In this document: positions 41,630-55,542 of the stretch, piece by piece
Layout of the letters: each line of letters starts with the position of its first letter
How positions within the stretch are numbered: the stretch's first letter is position 1
Assembly: GCF_006345805.1 (NCBI RefSeq)
Contig: NW_021834004.1
Coordinates: forward strand, 1,026 to 65,025
From: Octopus sinensis
Lineage: Eukaryota
Direction: 5' to 3'
Length of the DNA: 64,000 nt
Notes under the pieces: generated by a model
What the model was told of the DNA's origin: nothing
The model's input: only the letters and a program-made list of their open reading frames with translations
Database searches by the model: none
Program-made: the position numbers and the translations under genes

Positions 41630-42000
41630 AATACAAATAAGAAAATGGAGGAATAGATTTCTTTCAATCATCAACTTCCAGATAATACCAATTCATATAA
41701 TTTATTAACTAATTATTTATATGAAATAGGAATATCCAAATCTAACAGAATAAGACAGAATAAAACAATATACATCAATAAGTAAGATAATACCATAAAA
41801 ATAATACATATAAATGGATCTTACAGCTGTTTCAGTCGGTAGATAAGGGTCTCTCATTATGCCCATATTAGTCAGAGGTGTTGAGGTAATATGTAGTTAA
41901 AAATGAGTTACTTAAGGCCTCGTCAGAGATTATAAAGTACAATTATGAAGATATAAAATGCAAATATAAATATTAAACAAGGTACAGATATACAAGAATA
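41630..42000 (-). mobile_element. Penelope-like terminal fragment with hammerhead-like motif
   Basis: Minus strand ATCT-CTGACGA-...-GAAACAGCTGTA-AGAT (41818-41930). Confidence 0.5.
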
Positions 42001-42179
42001 TGCATATATACATATATACATATACATATAAGTGTATATACACCTAGAAATGATATCGCATAGTGGGTTACATTCATAACCCCTATCTCACTTTGTGTAT
42101 ATATATATATATCCAGCACAATCTGGATTTTTGTTTATGGACGGTAGCAATATTGAACTAACAACCAATCTATATATAT

Positions 42180-42605
42180 ATATCTATCTTAACATGGATG
42201 TCTTGTCAGAACGCCGAATACTGCGGTATTCGCCTTGAGAGATCCTCTTATTTATGCGCTCGGTGCATGAAAGCGCAGACATATTTTGCATACTGTTTCT
42301 GTCCCTACTGACCATATTTTGATAAGTCTGCTAGCTATTTGTGCCATCAGTGATTGAAAAGACACTGAAATTCTATATTTTGTGGTAACGAAATTTGGCA
42401 GGTATGTGTTCACCGGACGCCTGCTTCTAAGAAGGTCCAGTAGACTGAAATCACATGACCTGACACGTCCGACGCCCAAAACAGTCGATTCTCGTCTTTT
42501 TCGATATGACCGTCCTTTTATGCGCCATGCGTCTATATGAGAGTACCTCTCCAGATTAATATCGCAGTATTCAATACCTAACAAGACATCCACGTTAAGC
42601 TGGAT

Positions 42606-42610
<5 letters not shown>
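42180..42610. repeat. Fold-back/MITE-like element with ~100-bp imperfect inverted arms
   Basis: CTTAAC.TGGATGTCTTGT.AG...GAATACTGCG.TATT at the left end; reverse complement at the right end. Confidence 0.75.
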
Positions 42611-42661
<51 letters not shown>

Positions 42662-42697
42662 ATAGATAGACAGACAGACAAACAAATAGACAGGTAC

Positions 42698-42777
<80 letters not shown>

Positions 42778-43089
42778 GTATATATATATATATATATGGT
42801 CTTTCTCTCTTGTTTCCTTACTCTCTCTTCCTATGTCAGGCGCGCGGGCGCTTTCTCTTGAATGGAACCGGCTGTGGTCAAACGAAAATGGTTTGTTATG
42901 TACGCTGAAACCGCCAAATCATGTACTTTTGGTACTTCCTACCCATGGGGACAGCAGAAGGAAAGTTTGAAGAAAATACGCGGAATAACATCGCAGCTTT
43001 TTGTTTCAGGGTACAAAGATATAAAGGGTACCTGAAATGTTGGGTGCGTCACGCACCTTAACTTCCGATTACTCTCTCCCTTTCTCTCT

Positions 43090-43174
<85 letters not shown>

Positions 43175-43797
43175 GCTCTCTCTCATATGTGTTGCTTGTT
43201 CGTTTGTGTATTCATATATACTTATAAAGATATCTATGTATTAATATATTGCATATATATACGCACCTACACTCGTATATACGTGTGTGTGTGTGTGTGT
43301 ATCATATGTGTGTATGTATATGTGTGTATGGGTGTGTGTGTGTGTGTGTGTGTGTGTTTGTGCGTGTATGTGCGTGTGCGCGTTTGTGCGCGTGTGTATG
43401 TCTATATAACTTCTCGCTAAAACTTACCGCAGTATAACCAATCCATTTACTTAGATTTGTCTATCCATCAGGGGTCGTAAAAGCCCAGAATAATTATCTA
43501 TATTATATATTATATATATATATATATATATTATAATATATATAATATATATATTATATATATATATATATATATTTATAATATATATAATAAAGAAAAC
43601 TTTACATTACCAAACCTTTAACCTATCCAAAGAAATAGCTTAGGGTTTACAAGACAGTTGATTCGTTTGTTTTTTGTCTAAGACAACCATCCCTTCTAAG
43701 TCTGCCTGATAAGAGGTAAATGGGCCAAAGTGTGAGTCAGGAATAATGGATAATAGCTATTGTTGAATGATAAACTTGCTCCAACTACGTACGTGTA

Positions 43798-43841
<44 letters not shown>

Positions 43842-44224
43842 GATACATACATTCCTACATACACACACACATATATATATACATACATACATGCATATAT
43901 ATATATGTGTGTGTGGTGTATGTATAATATATATATATATACACATATACATTCACGCATGCACCCACACACACACAAACATATCAAAACTGTCCAGGTG
44001 CACATCCATGTTCTCTCGAGACGAACGGATGCTAGTCCCCATATATATACATACATGTGTGTGTCTGTATGTGCGTGTGCGTATGCTTAGATATAGATAT
44101 ATATATATATATACACCTACATACCTATTCGCGTGTGCGTATGCGCATTTGGTATGTTCGCGTTTATATATATATTATATATATATATATATATCCCTGT
44201 TTACACGTGCGTTTTTTAACGTAG

Positions 44225-44293
<69 letters not shown>

Positions 44294-44704
44294 ACCATAC
44301 ACACATACAAACGTGTGTTGTGTGTGGTTATGTAAATATGTTTACCTCTTGTGTGACTTGCCCATTAATTACCTCCCCCTTTCTTTGTACTAATAACGCA
44401 CGTCTTCCGCCTCTCTTCTAGCACCTCTCCCCACCTCTCTGTGTATCACTCTCTCTTTCTCTCTCTCTCTCTCTCTCGCTTTTCTCTTTTTCTCTTCGTC
44501 CTTATCTATCTCCTCCCCTCTTCTTCCTCTCTCTCTCCTTCTTTGACGGACAGTAAGTTCTTTGATTTAAGGAATCAGTGCTTTTATTATTACAACCATT
44601 ATAGGGTTTCCTGTTCTCTTTATCTTCTTCACTTCTTTCCATCCTTCTCTATTAATTCTTTATTACCTTCCACTTCGTCCTCCTCCTATTCCTACTCCTA
44701 CTCA

Positions 44705-44819
44705 ACAGTATCATCATCATCATCAATATCATAATCGTCATCATCATCATCATCATCATCATCATCGTCATCATCATCAATATCATAATCATCATCGTCA
44801 TCATCATCATCAGCTGCAG

Positions 44820-44850
<31 letters not shown>

Positions 44851-44852
44851 AG

Positions 44853-44889
<37 letters not shown>

Positions 44890-45228
44890 TCCTTCTTCCT
44901 CTACTTCTTCTTCTTCATTTTAAAGTATGAAACTTGATTACGACTATTCCAGAGATGTTGAGGCTGATGATGATGGTGACGGCGAAGAGGATAACAGTGG
45001 AGGAGGAAGAGAGGGAGGAAAAGAAGAAGAAGAAGGAGAGGGAGGAGGAGAAGGAGGAGAAGAAGAAGAAGAAGAAGAAGAAGAAGAAGAAGAAGAAGAA
45101 GAGTATTGTGGCTGTAGTGGTATGGATGGATGGAATGATTGGATTGTGGTGGTGGTGGTGGTGGTGGTGGTGGTGGTAGTGGTGGTGGTGGTGGTGGTGG
45201 TGGTGGTGGTGGTGGTGGTGGTGATGGT
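44705..45228. repeat. (ATC)n, (GAA)n and (GGT)n trinucleotide cluster
   Basis: Visible directly. Confidence 0.92.
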
Positions 45229-45664
45229 TATGTACTGCATTGTTTATGTAAAGGAATCAGGTCGCAGAAACAACAGAGGTTAGGTTATTTTTAATCTTTA
45301 CCTCCCGTCCGCCTGATAGTTACAGCTTTCAATAATCTCAGTGGGGCTTCACTGTACGTAGATAGGTAGGTAGGTAGGTAGTAATGGTTTCGTAGCGATG
45401 GACATGTCACTGGCGCCGTTTGTTTCATCGTTCTAATCTACGTATGTACATCCCTGAGCAAAGAAGCTATTGTGAGGAGAGATAAACTGTACTGAGTTAT
45501 GTGCTGTGCGTGCGCGTGAGCGTGTGTGTGTGTGTGGTGTGTGTAGCGGTGTAGAGTGAGGTGTATGGGGGTGAGATATTTTGACTTTAATCAAGTCATG
45601 AATGTTTCTTTGTTTCAGCTATACATAAAAAATAGTTTACAAATTGACGGGAAAATAACTAGCA

Positions 45665-45716
<52 letters not shown>

Positions 45717-45915
45717 TGTACATAGAAGGTGATACACGTATATATGTATGCACACACACACACACACATATGCATGTATGTATGTGTAAACTATGATGTA
45801 TGCATATACTTACATGAAATTATATAATTACATGTAATATACGTCTGTCCAAAATTATAGACAGCGTCAGTTGTGCTCTATGTATGTGTGTGTTGATATA
45901 TATATGTGTGTGTGT

Positions 45916-45975
<60 letters not shown>

Positions 45976-46544
45976 ATATATAAATGTATATATATATACA
46001 TACATATACATTCATACACACATACATATATATACATACATATAAATACATCTACACATCCCATATACCTGTGGGGATGTGTGTGTACGTGAGTGCGTGC
46101 GTGCGTGCGTGCGTGTGTGTGTGTGTGTTGTATGTGTGTGTGTATGTGGATATATATATATATATGTATGTATATAAATGTATATATATATACATACATA
46201 TACATTCATACGCTCACACATATATATACATACATATAAATACATCTACACATCCCATATACCTGTGGGGATGTGTGTGCATGTGCGTGCGTGTGTTAGT
46301 GTGTGTGTGTGTATGTGTGTGTGTGTGTGTGTGTGCGTGTGTGTGTGTAGTGCTATTTAGTTGGAGACGCGTAAATGAAAATAAATTAAAATGTAGCAGA
46401 GTTGTCCCCGACATAAAAATTGATTTATTAACCTAATTACGAATGACTGGATTACGTTGAATTCGATGCAAACGTTCACTTGAAACGGAGAGCAACAATG
46501 AACTTTGCATAATGAACGAGATGAGCCCCTTTACCCCTTTCAGC

Positions 46545-47318
46545 TATTGGGCATGTTAAGGGCGCCACCTTGAAGACTTTTAGCGGAACATGTCGACCCT
46601 AGTATTTATTTGGGCCTGGTACTTATTCCATTGGTGTCTCTTGCCGAATCGCTAAGTTACGAAGGCGCGGGCGACAAACCAACACCTGTTGTCAATAGGT
46701 AGGGGGCAAACACGCCCAAGCAGAAAGTCACACACACACACAATTACACACACAATTACACACACAGAAGCAAACAAACACAAACACGCATACACAGGCA
46801 CAACGACACACATAGAAACACATACATACATACACAAATGCGCACACAAACACATACATACACACACACACACATACATACACACAAACACATACATACG
46901 TACACACACATACATACATACATACATACACACACACATACATACATACATACATACATACATACACGCACACGCACACACACATACATACATATATACA
47001 TACATACACACACACATACATACATACGTACGTACATACAATCATATATAACAGAGAAGTATAATCTAAAAAGATTTTGGTACAGGCATTTCGTTTGCAT
47101 CAAGCATATACACACGGCTTCTATAAAGGTACGGATTTATCTACTCCATTTCCTACACCTGCCTATTTATTTATGTATACGACGAGCTTCCCCACAGTTT
47201 TTTTTTTCCACCTGCCAAATTCACAAGCCACGAGTCGGCCCAGGAGACACAATTTCCCAGGAGGCATTGCAGGGTGACTAAACCTGGAACTTTCTTAACC
47301 AAATACGTGCGCCTATAA
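46545..47318 (-). mobile_element. Diverged SINE family A with expanded internal (CA/CATA) tract
   Basis: Tail part at 46545-46700 and head part at 47180-47318. Confidence 0.65.
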
Positions 47319-47714
47319 GGCTGACCTCGACGGGATTTGATCTCAGGGCGTAAGGAATCGGAAGAAATGCTGTTAAGCATTTTGTACGGCAGGCTAACGA
47401 TTCTGTTGGTTCACCACTCTATAGAAATTATTTCTAAAGTATATAATTAACTTTCTTTGCAGAATTATATTGGCCATCATGTGCTGGTGTATAAAGTTAA
47501 ATGAAATCAGGCGAAACATTTCTAGCGGAAAGTTTGCTAGGAAATGTATGTATACGTATGTAGGTATGTATGTGTATATGTTTGTAGGTATGTGTGTGTG
47601 TATGTGTGTGTGTGTGTGTAGGTAGAAATAAATTGAATGGTATAATGAATAAACTCTCCAATCGGTCAAAACAGCTTCATATCATTCCCAAATTATCAAA
47701 AATCGAATATAAAT

Positions 47715-48484
47715 GTGTGTGTGTGTGTGTGTGTGTGCGTGTAGTTATGTATGCGTATGTGTATGTAGATATGTATGTGTGTAGGTATCTATGCGTATGT
47801 GTGTATGTAGATATGTGTATAAGTATGTGTGTGGGTGTAGATATGTATGTGTGTGTAGGTATGTATGTGTATGTGCAAGTATGTACGTGTATGTGCATGT
47901 ATGTATGTATATGTGCGTTGATATGTGTATGTGTGTATGTATGTGTATATGTGTAGGTATGTATATGTGAGTAGGTATCTATGTGTATGTGGGTGTAGCT
48001 ATGTATCTCTGTGTAGGTATCCATGCGTATGTGTGTACGTATGTATGTGTATATGTATGTGTGTGTAAGTATGTATGTGTATGTGTGTGTAGGTAAGTAT
48101 GTGTTTGTGTGTTGGCATGTATGTATGTGTGTGTAGGTATGTATGTGTATGTGTGTGTAAGTATGTATGTGTATGTGTGTGTAGGTAAGTATGTGTATGT
48201 GTGTTGGCATGTATGTATGTGTGGGTAGGTATGTATGCGTATGTGTATGTAGCTATGTATGTGTATGTGCACGTAGGCATGTATGTAGGTATGTACGTGT
48301 ATGTGTGTGGAGGTATGTATGTGCATGTGTGTGTAGGTAAGTATGTGTATGTGTGTTGGCATGTATGTATGTGTGTGTAGGTATGTATGCGTATGTGTAA
48401 GTAGCTATGTATGTGTATGTGCACGTAGGCATGTATGTAGGTATGTACGTGTATGTGTGTGTAGGTATGTATGTGCATGTGTGT
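47715..48484. repeat. Compound TATG/TGTG/TAGG array with a 152-bp higher-order duplication
   Basis: Unit starting GTAGGTAAGT at 48181 and 48333. Confidence 0.85.
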
Positions 48485-49059
48485 CTTCCCTGCCTGATAA
48501 GTGTTAAAAATATTATTTTGGTTGGCCTCCGGCTCGGTTAGCAGTGTTCTAAAGAAATTTTTCATCGGCTGCCTTGTTCTTTTTGACTTTTTTTGTGCAT
48601 CCACTCAATCTTTAAATTTTAAGACAGACTTGTGTCGATAGGAATCAATAAATATCTGTAGTGTAAAGCTTTTGGAGCAACGGTCTTTCTTCTTTCTTCT
48701 AAAATTCAAATTCTGTCATATTTTCCATCTCGAGTGGATTGGGACATATCTTCTGATTGTAATAATACTAATATTAATGGATATAAATCTGAAAGTGTAT
48801 TTTGGGTGTTATATCTGCAAACCCCTCATCAATGGTACCAGTGTATATTGATATCTTCCTCCTGTGTTTTCTTTACCACACGGACATCACAAGAACAGCG
48901 GTCGTTTCACAACGTAGCGCCGTCTTTCTGGTTATTTTAGGAACCAAACTGATCAAATCGTAAAAACGTATGACACAAAATGCTTTGCTGTATTTGTTCA
49001 AGCTCTCTGCACTCTAAGTTTAGATCCTGCCTTTCGTCCTTACGAGCTCTATAAAGTAC

Positions 49060-49293
49060 CTATTTCTTTACTACCCACAAGGGGCTAAACACAGAGGGGA
49101 CAAACAAGGACAGACAAAGGGATTAAGTCGATTATATCGACCCCAGTGCGTAACTGGCACTTATTTAATCGACCCCGAAAGGATGAAAGGCAAAGTCGAC
49201 CTCGGCGGAATTTGAACTCAGAACGTAGCGGCAGACGAAATACTGCTAAGCATTTCGCCCGGCGTGCTAACGATTCTGCCAGCTCGCCGCCTT
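49060..49293 (-). mobile_element. SINE family B, full length, inside an older opposite-strand SINE remnant
   Basis: 16-bp TSD GAGCTCTATAAAGTAC at 49044-49059 and 49294-49309. Confidence 0.94.
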
Positions 49294-49896
49294 GAGCTCT
49301 ATAAAGTACTACCGGTTCAAACAGATTGCCGGAGTTCTTACAGCATCGGAGGGAGATGCTTTATGTTCTGAACTCTTAGATACTAAACTATTTGCCACCC
49401 AGTTCAACACCACCACCTGATCCCCAAGTGCCTTTACTCTGTTGCTAGTATTCTAGGCAGGCTTTCGGTTTGAGGATGACATCTTCCCCTCGATCCTCTT
49501 GTCTCGGATGCTTCAGATACGCAATATGTCATGAACACTGCTCCCCCCCACTCCTCTCTTTTGTCTAGTGGAAACCGGATGGAAGCCCATCAGAGAGAAT
49601 CTACCTGTAACGCAAACCTCATTTCGCAGATTCTGCACAAAGATTATTATGTTAAAGGGTCGTACGGGCTGCGAAATACTCATCCTCTTTTACACTAATT
49701 CTCATTATTCACTTGATCGAACAACTGAATATCCATCGGCAAAATCGACGGAGATCCATTTACTATATATATATATCTGATAATGAATTTCTACATTATA
49801 TCAAGCAAAAGTGTGGTGGTCATGGCTGGAACACTTGATAAATGATTTGCTAAATCATGGCTGACATGGAGCTAAGCAATAACGACGACGACGATC

Positions 49897-49929
<33 letters not shown>

Positions 49930-50016
49930 AGCAGCAGCAAAACTAGTTAATTTCTAGAATTAATGTTAGGCTGAAATAATTTCCTTGTCTGAACACTAAA
50001 AGTATTGTTAATTACG

Positions 50017-50051
<35 letters not shown>

Positions 50052-50164
50052 CACCACTACTACTACTACTAGTAGTTGCTGCTGTCGGTGTAGTAGTAGT
50101 AGTAGTAGTGGTGGTGGTGGTGGTGGTGGTAGCAGTAGTGGTAGTAGTAGTAGTGGTGGTAGTA

Positions 50165-50201
<37 letters not shown>

Positions 50202-50691
50202 AGTAGTGGTGGTGGTGGTGGTGGTGGTGTGGTGGTGGTGCTAGGATTGCAGGGTGTTGTGGCGCTGATGATGGTTATGGTAATGTTGGTGGTTTCCGAT
50301 AATGACAATGGTAATGGTACTGATGGTGATGATGATGATGATGATGCTGGTGGTGGAGAGGAAGATGGAAGTGGCGATTGGCGACGGATATGGTGTTGCT
50401 GATGTGTTTCGGCGATGATGATCGTGGAAATTGTGGTGAAGGTAGTAATGGAGTTGGTCATGGTAATGGGCTGTGGTGTTGCTGGAAGAGGTAGTGATGG
50501 TAATGCTGGTGATGTTGGATGCTGGGTGGTAGTGGCGCTGGTAGTGGTGGTAGTGGTAGCGGGGTGCTCTTTTCTTCTAATAGTGCTGGTCTGTTGATAA
50601 AATATACCAGAAGACCTCTGTGTTGTCGATGATGATGATGATGATGAGCTTCCCAGGCCATATATGGAACGACCTTCCGCGAATACAGTTT

Positions 50692-50731
<40 letters not shown>

Positions 50732-51058
50732 TCTTTCTCTCTCTCTTTCCCCTCTCTCTCTCTCTCTCTCTCGCGCGCGCTCTCCCTCTCTCTCTCTCTC
50801 TCTCTCTGTATGTGTGTGCGTGTGTGTGAGTGCCTGTTAGGTATGAGAGGGTGGGGATGGACAAACAAATGTGTATTTAGAGATAAATAAAATGTTCTAT
50901 ATTCTATAAATAGAATGTTTTCTTTGATGGGTTGTTATTTAGCTCCGGGTCATTCCTGATAAGGAAACCTATGATCAAAGGCCTTCTAGCCATGACCATC
51001 CTACCTCCATTATTGTCGGGCGGTATCTAGAACGCCAACCAGTATTTAATGTGAGCTT

Positions 51059-52100
51059 AAGGCGGCGAGTTGGCAGAATCGTTAGCATGCCGGACAAAAT
51101 GCTTAACTGCATTTCTTTTGTCTTTACGTTCAAATCCCGCCGAAGTCGACTTTGCCGGATCTATTTTGTTTGGTTACCAGCATTTCAAAATTTAGAGTTT
51201 ATCGAAAAAAATTTTTAATTTGACTCGTTAATATATTTTTCCAAGCTGAATTGCTGGAATTAGCTCACTTTTACTAGAAAAATGATTTTTAAAAATTATA
51301 GAGTTTTAAAGTTTGATCATTTTCATTCACCCAGTCAGGAAACAGGATTTTGAAGCTGCCATTTTGTGCGTGACTGCACATTTTGTCAACATCCTGAAAA
51401 TAGCAGGTATTGTCGAGAAAGTGTAAACAACACGTCTTTTATAGTTTTAGGTATTGTGATAGCACGAACTTAAAAGATTTATCCAAAAACGTTATTTAGG
51501 TGTTATTTTTAGCACACTTCGCGCTCACCTCAAAAGGCAACAAGAAACGATTAAACAAAACATATTTTTCAGTTTTAAGCATTCGATATGCGTTTAATGC
51601 GATAAGGTTTAGCACATTACAAATTAAATATTTTTAAAAAACAAACATTTTCTTGACTAGTTCATAACTTCACATGCTCAATTGTCAACAGACAGGTAAA
51701 ACAAGTGGTTTTCAATATTGTCAGCACGTGCTTTGATGCAGACAAACGAGTTCTCATGTTCTGCTTGTTACTATGGCAACAGGCATGAATATGTCTGTGG
51801 CTTACGATTGGCTAATATTACCTAAAATTCTCAAGCTTTAATTGCTAATAACTCTATTTATTGATTTATAGCGAAAATGATTTTCACGTCATCCATTAGC
51901 CAATAAAAATGCACCATTATAGTGAATATGAAATCAATCCGAACAGAAAATGATGCTGGCAGTCAAACCGAATAGATCCACTTTGCCTTTCATCTTTTCG
52001 GAGTCGATAAAATAAGTACCATTTGATTACTGGGGGTCGATGTAATCGACTTATCCTCTGCCCCGAACTTGTTTGGCCATGAACAAAAATTTGAAAGCAA
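51059..52100 (+). mobile_element. Older SINE-B-type copy split by a DNA transposon
   Basis: Head at 51059-51156; continuation ACTTTGCCTTTCATCTTTTCGGAGTCGAT from 51980. Confidence 0.85.
51157..51979. mobile_element. Non-autonomous TIR transposon (823 bp, 8-bp TSD, GG termini; Merlin-like)
   Basis: TSD ACTTTGCC at 51149-51156 and 51980-51987; imperfect ~27-bp TIR GGATCTATT..GTTTG.T.CCAGCAT. Confidence 0.85.
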
Positions 52101-52660
52101 TATTTAATGTGTGCTCTCTTCTTTCTAAAACGGCAGATTGCTATTTGTATCAGGTTGAACGACCACCATTTATTGTTTTTGTTGCTGTTGATTAAACCCT
52201 AGATCAACCCTGATGGAGATCTATGTTCACAAACGTAAATCCAACCATAGCTTCAATCTAGTAATTATTTTCTAATGTGCATGGAAACCAGAATCACGTT
52301 ATCCAGCATGTCCCTTTATAAGACGATAGAGTTTGATTTATGATAGATTTAATTGCTATTTCTAATAGAGATATTCACTGTAGACTAGCGTGATGAATAA
52401 GAAAGACTTTTCGCATATTGAAGTCATAGCAAACTGGTATCAACTGTGACTTATCTGTCTTGACTCCAAGCTCAGTTAAATAAATACCAGTTATGTAGGA
52501 AAAAAGATTTAATCCGCTGTACTCTTTGTGTTTACAGGTTGTTTATCAATATAAGGAAGTATTCTGATTTGTATTTCGAATCCAATAAACATGTGTTCCT
52601 CTGTTGCTACAATCTGCTTTTTTGTTTTTTCTGAAAATACTTCACTTACCTACCTAACGT

Positions 52661-52968
52661 GTTGCTGTTTGTTCCTTCTCGAGCCATGCCTAGTTCATAA
52701 GGGCCGATTTCCCGGTTTCATTGCCGTACAGGTTCCCCACCTGGACGGGACACCGGTCCGTCGCAGGTGAGCTGCTAGATGAAGGAGGAAAGAGTGAGAG
52801 AAAATTGTGGCGAAAGAGTCAGCAGAAGTTCGCCATTAGCTTCTGCCGGAGCCGCGTGGAGCCTAGGGTTTTCGCTCATAAACACACACAACGCCCGGTC
52901 TAAGATTTGAACCCACGATCCCTCGACCGCGTGTCCGCTGCTCTAACCACTAGACCATGTGCCTCCAC
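52661..52968 (-). mobile_element. SINE with C-type head and a different 3' tail
   Basis: Head like SINE-C; tail CCTGCGACGGACCGGTGTCCCGTCCAGG...GAAACCGGGA...TGGCTCG; TSD CTAC(C/A)TAACGT at 52650-52660 and 52969-52979. Confidence 0.82.
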
Positions 52969-53358
52969 CTACATAACGTACCTGACTATTATTGTATCAA
53001 CTCATTGAAACCAACATTCCATACGGTGATCTAGTCTGCTAGAAATAGCTGTCAAATCTCACTCATATCAGTCGACCATTTCAGTAAAGAATTGTCACAT
53101 TTGGAACATCTTTGGCGGAATTTTCCATAGAAGTAAACAACGAAACAAAAACAATTGATCGTTATTGCCAAAACGCTATACTGTAGCCTTCTTCGATAGC
53201 TGTCATTTGACAGAGCCGTTAGGGCGGCGGATAAAATGCCTTGCGGTATCCTTTCTGGCTTTTAAGTATTCCAAGTTCAAATCCTACTTTTCCCGCCCTC
53301 CCTCCTCCTCTTTCTCTCCCTTCTTCCCTCTCTCTCTCTCCCCCTCTCTCTCTCTCTT

Positions 53359-53398
<40 letters not shown>

Positions 53399-54635
53399 CA
53401 GACCTGAAGATTAATGATTGGCTGAGTCAGGTTTAAAATACTCAAGCCTAATTCACGCCGTAGGTCACACAAAGTTTCTATAAGTCTGTCTAATGTTTAG
53501 GGCCCCAACAACACCATGGTTTTTCACACACAATACTAAAATATTTACTAACCCAGCTTTGTCAAATCCCAGATTCATTATTGCATAAATGATGATAAGT
53601 TTGTATATTATAAACTTTAACTTTACATCTAAATAACGCTCTGATCCAATTGATCACTGATTGTCTTTGGTGTCTTAACACACCCAGAACTTATTGTAGA
53701 TAGAAATATTTTAAATAAACACTTAAATATAATGATAATTTGGTAGAAATAAGTTTGTAAATGTGCACTCTATAGATATGTTTGATAATATAGAAATATT
53801 GTAACTATACGTATTCTATATTACTGCACCTTTAAATATTGTATACATGTATGTATATGTGCGTATGCACACAAACTCACACACGTTTAGTAGAGATTGT
53901 TGGAAGAAAGACTACCCGATGACATAGTAGAGAGTAATAATATTTTTAATTAGGTCGTGTCCATCCTATGCAACTCTATGTTTAACCTATGAGTGCACAA
54001 GATTTTCTGATAAGTTATGACTTGTAACTTGGCCGAACATCCTGTGCGCGTACAGACGATATTCAGAGCAGAAAAAAACTGCTACAAACATAAAAAATAA
54101 ACATATAAATAAATAATATGCTCTAATGTCGAACAGTGAGAATAAGTGCTCAGCACTGCATTGGTGGACAAATTATCTTTATTTATGGGTTAACAAGGCA
54201 ACCATTGGTTTCATGCCAGGAATTCTCTGCAATTATCAAATCTACAACATGCGATTGTGTCTGCTGTGATGAATTTGAGTCTCCTGTGATGAACCTACAA
54301 ACAAACATACAAAACATCCTAGGGTATATTTTCCCTTCTGAAGAGATTATTCTCAGAAATATGAATTTAATATTTAATTTCACAGTGTATAATTGAAAAA
54401 ACTGTAAGGAATAATGATCGATTTATTGCTGATAATAAACGCTTATTAACTTCAAAATCTTTATTGCGCAATATATGCATTCATAAAATCATGTGACTAT
54501 CACAGAAAGCTCCTCTAGTAGACCCTGCTATCAGACGACATAGTACTCCTATAAGGAGGAGCATAATGCAGAGCTCTATGCACCTGACATCCAGAAGGTA
54601 CAATCGATGAAATTATTTCATGAGAAATATATAAG

Positions 54636-55062
54636 CCATAAAGCGTCAAGTGGTATGAGAAGTGAAAATATTTAACCACTTGTTGTCCCTAGGAGTACTT
54701 CCGTTTCGCAGCCTTCATCATGTAATAACGATTTCAGAGTATAATAAATTATTTTACGAGACTGCACTAACATGCATGCTATACGTTGTGAATTACACAC
54801 GTATATTTATAAATCGATGCAGATAAAGAAGTCTTACGCATTAGTGTAACCATCATGTTCTGGTGATTTGATGAGCTAGCTTTCTTTACCTACATTGCTT
54901 TGTACAATGCCTAGCATGTATATTAATGAAGTCATGTAAAATTATTTATTATATGCTGAAATCATCATTACACGATGAAGGCTCCGGAACAGCTGTAATC
55001 CTAAGGACAACAAGTGGTTAAATAAATATATTCTCTTCCTATACCTGCTGACCTTTTTATGG
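54636..55062. repeat. ~430-bp diverged fold-back with hammerhead-like remnants in both arms
   Basis: TTTAACCACTTGTTGTCC.TAGGA...GCCTTCATC.TGTAAT and the reverse complement at 54911-55062. Confidence 0.8.
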
Positions 55063-55542
55063 TAGATATATATTTGTGTGTGTATGAGCGTTGTGTGTGT
55101 GTGTGTATGAGCGTGTGTGTATATCTATCACTATCTATCTGTATATATATGTGTGTGTGTGTATGTATGTATGTATGTATGTATTATGAATGCATGTATG
55201 TATGTATGTATGTATGTATGTATGTATGCATGTAGGTAGGTAGGTAGGTAGGTAGGTAGGTAGGTAGGTAGGTAGGAAGGTAGGTAGGTAGGTAGGTAGG
55301 TAGGTAGGTAGGTAGGTAGGTAGGTAGGTAGGTAGGTAGGTGGTAGGTAGGTAGGTAGGTAGGTAGATATGTTAAAGCGCACGGTTTAGTAGTTAAGGTG
55401 TTGCACTCACGATTGTGAGACCGTGGGTTCGATTCCCAGCACTTCATTTCACGTTGCTCTGTGATCATTTCGACATCTGACATGTGGCACCCATTTTCAA
55501 CTATATAGGTAATGTCGATCCGATGAAGGAAGTGAGCTTATA

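Noticed and set aside
48490-48940. Possible Penelope reverse transcriptase remnant on the - strand (DI..YT..IDEG-like)
   Set aside because: Only one weak motif, too decayed to call.
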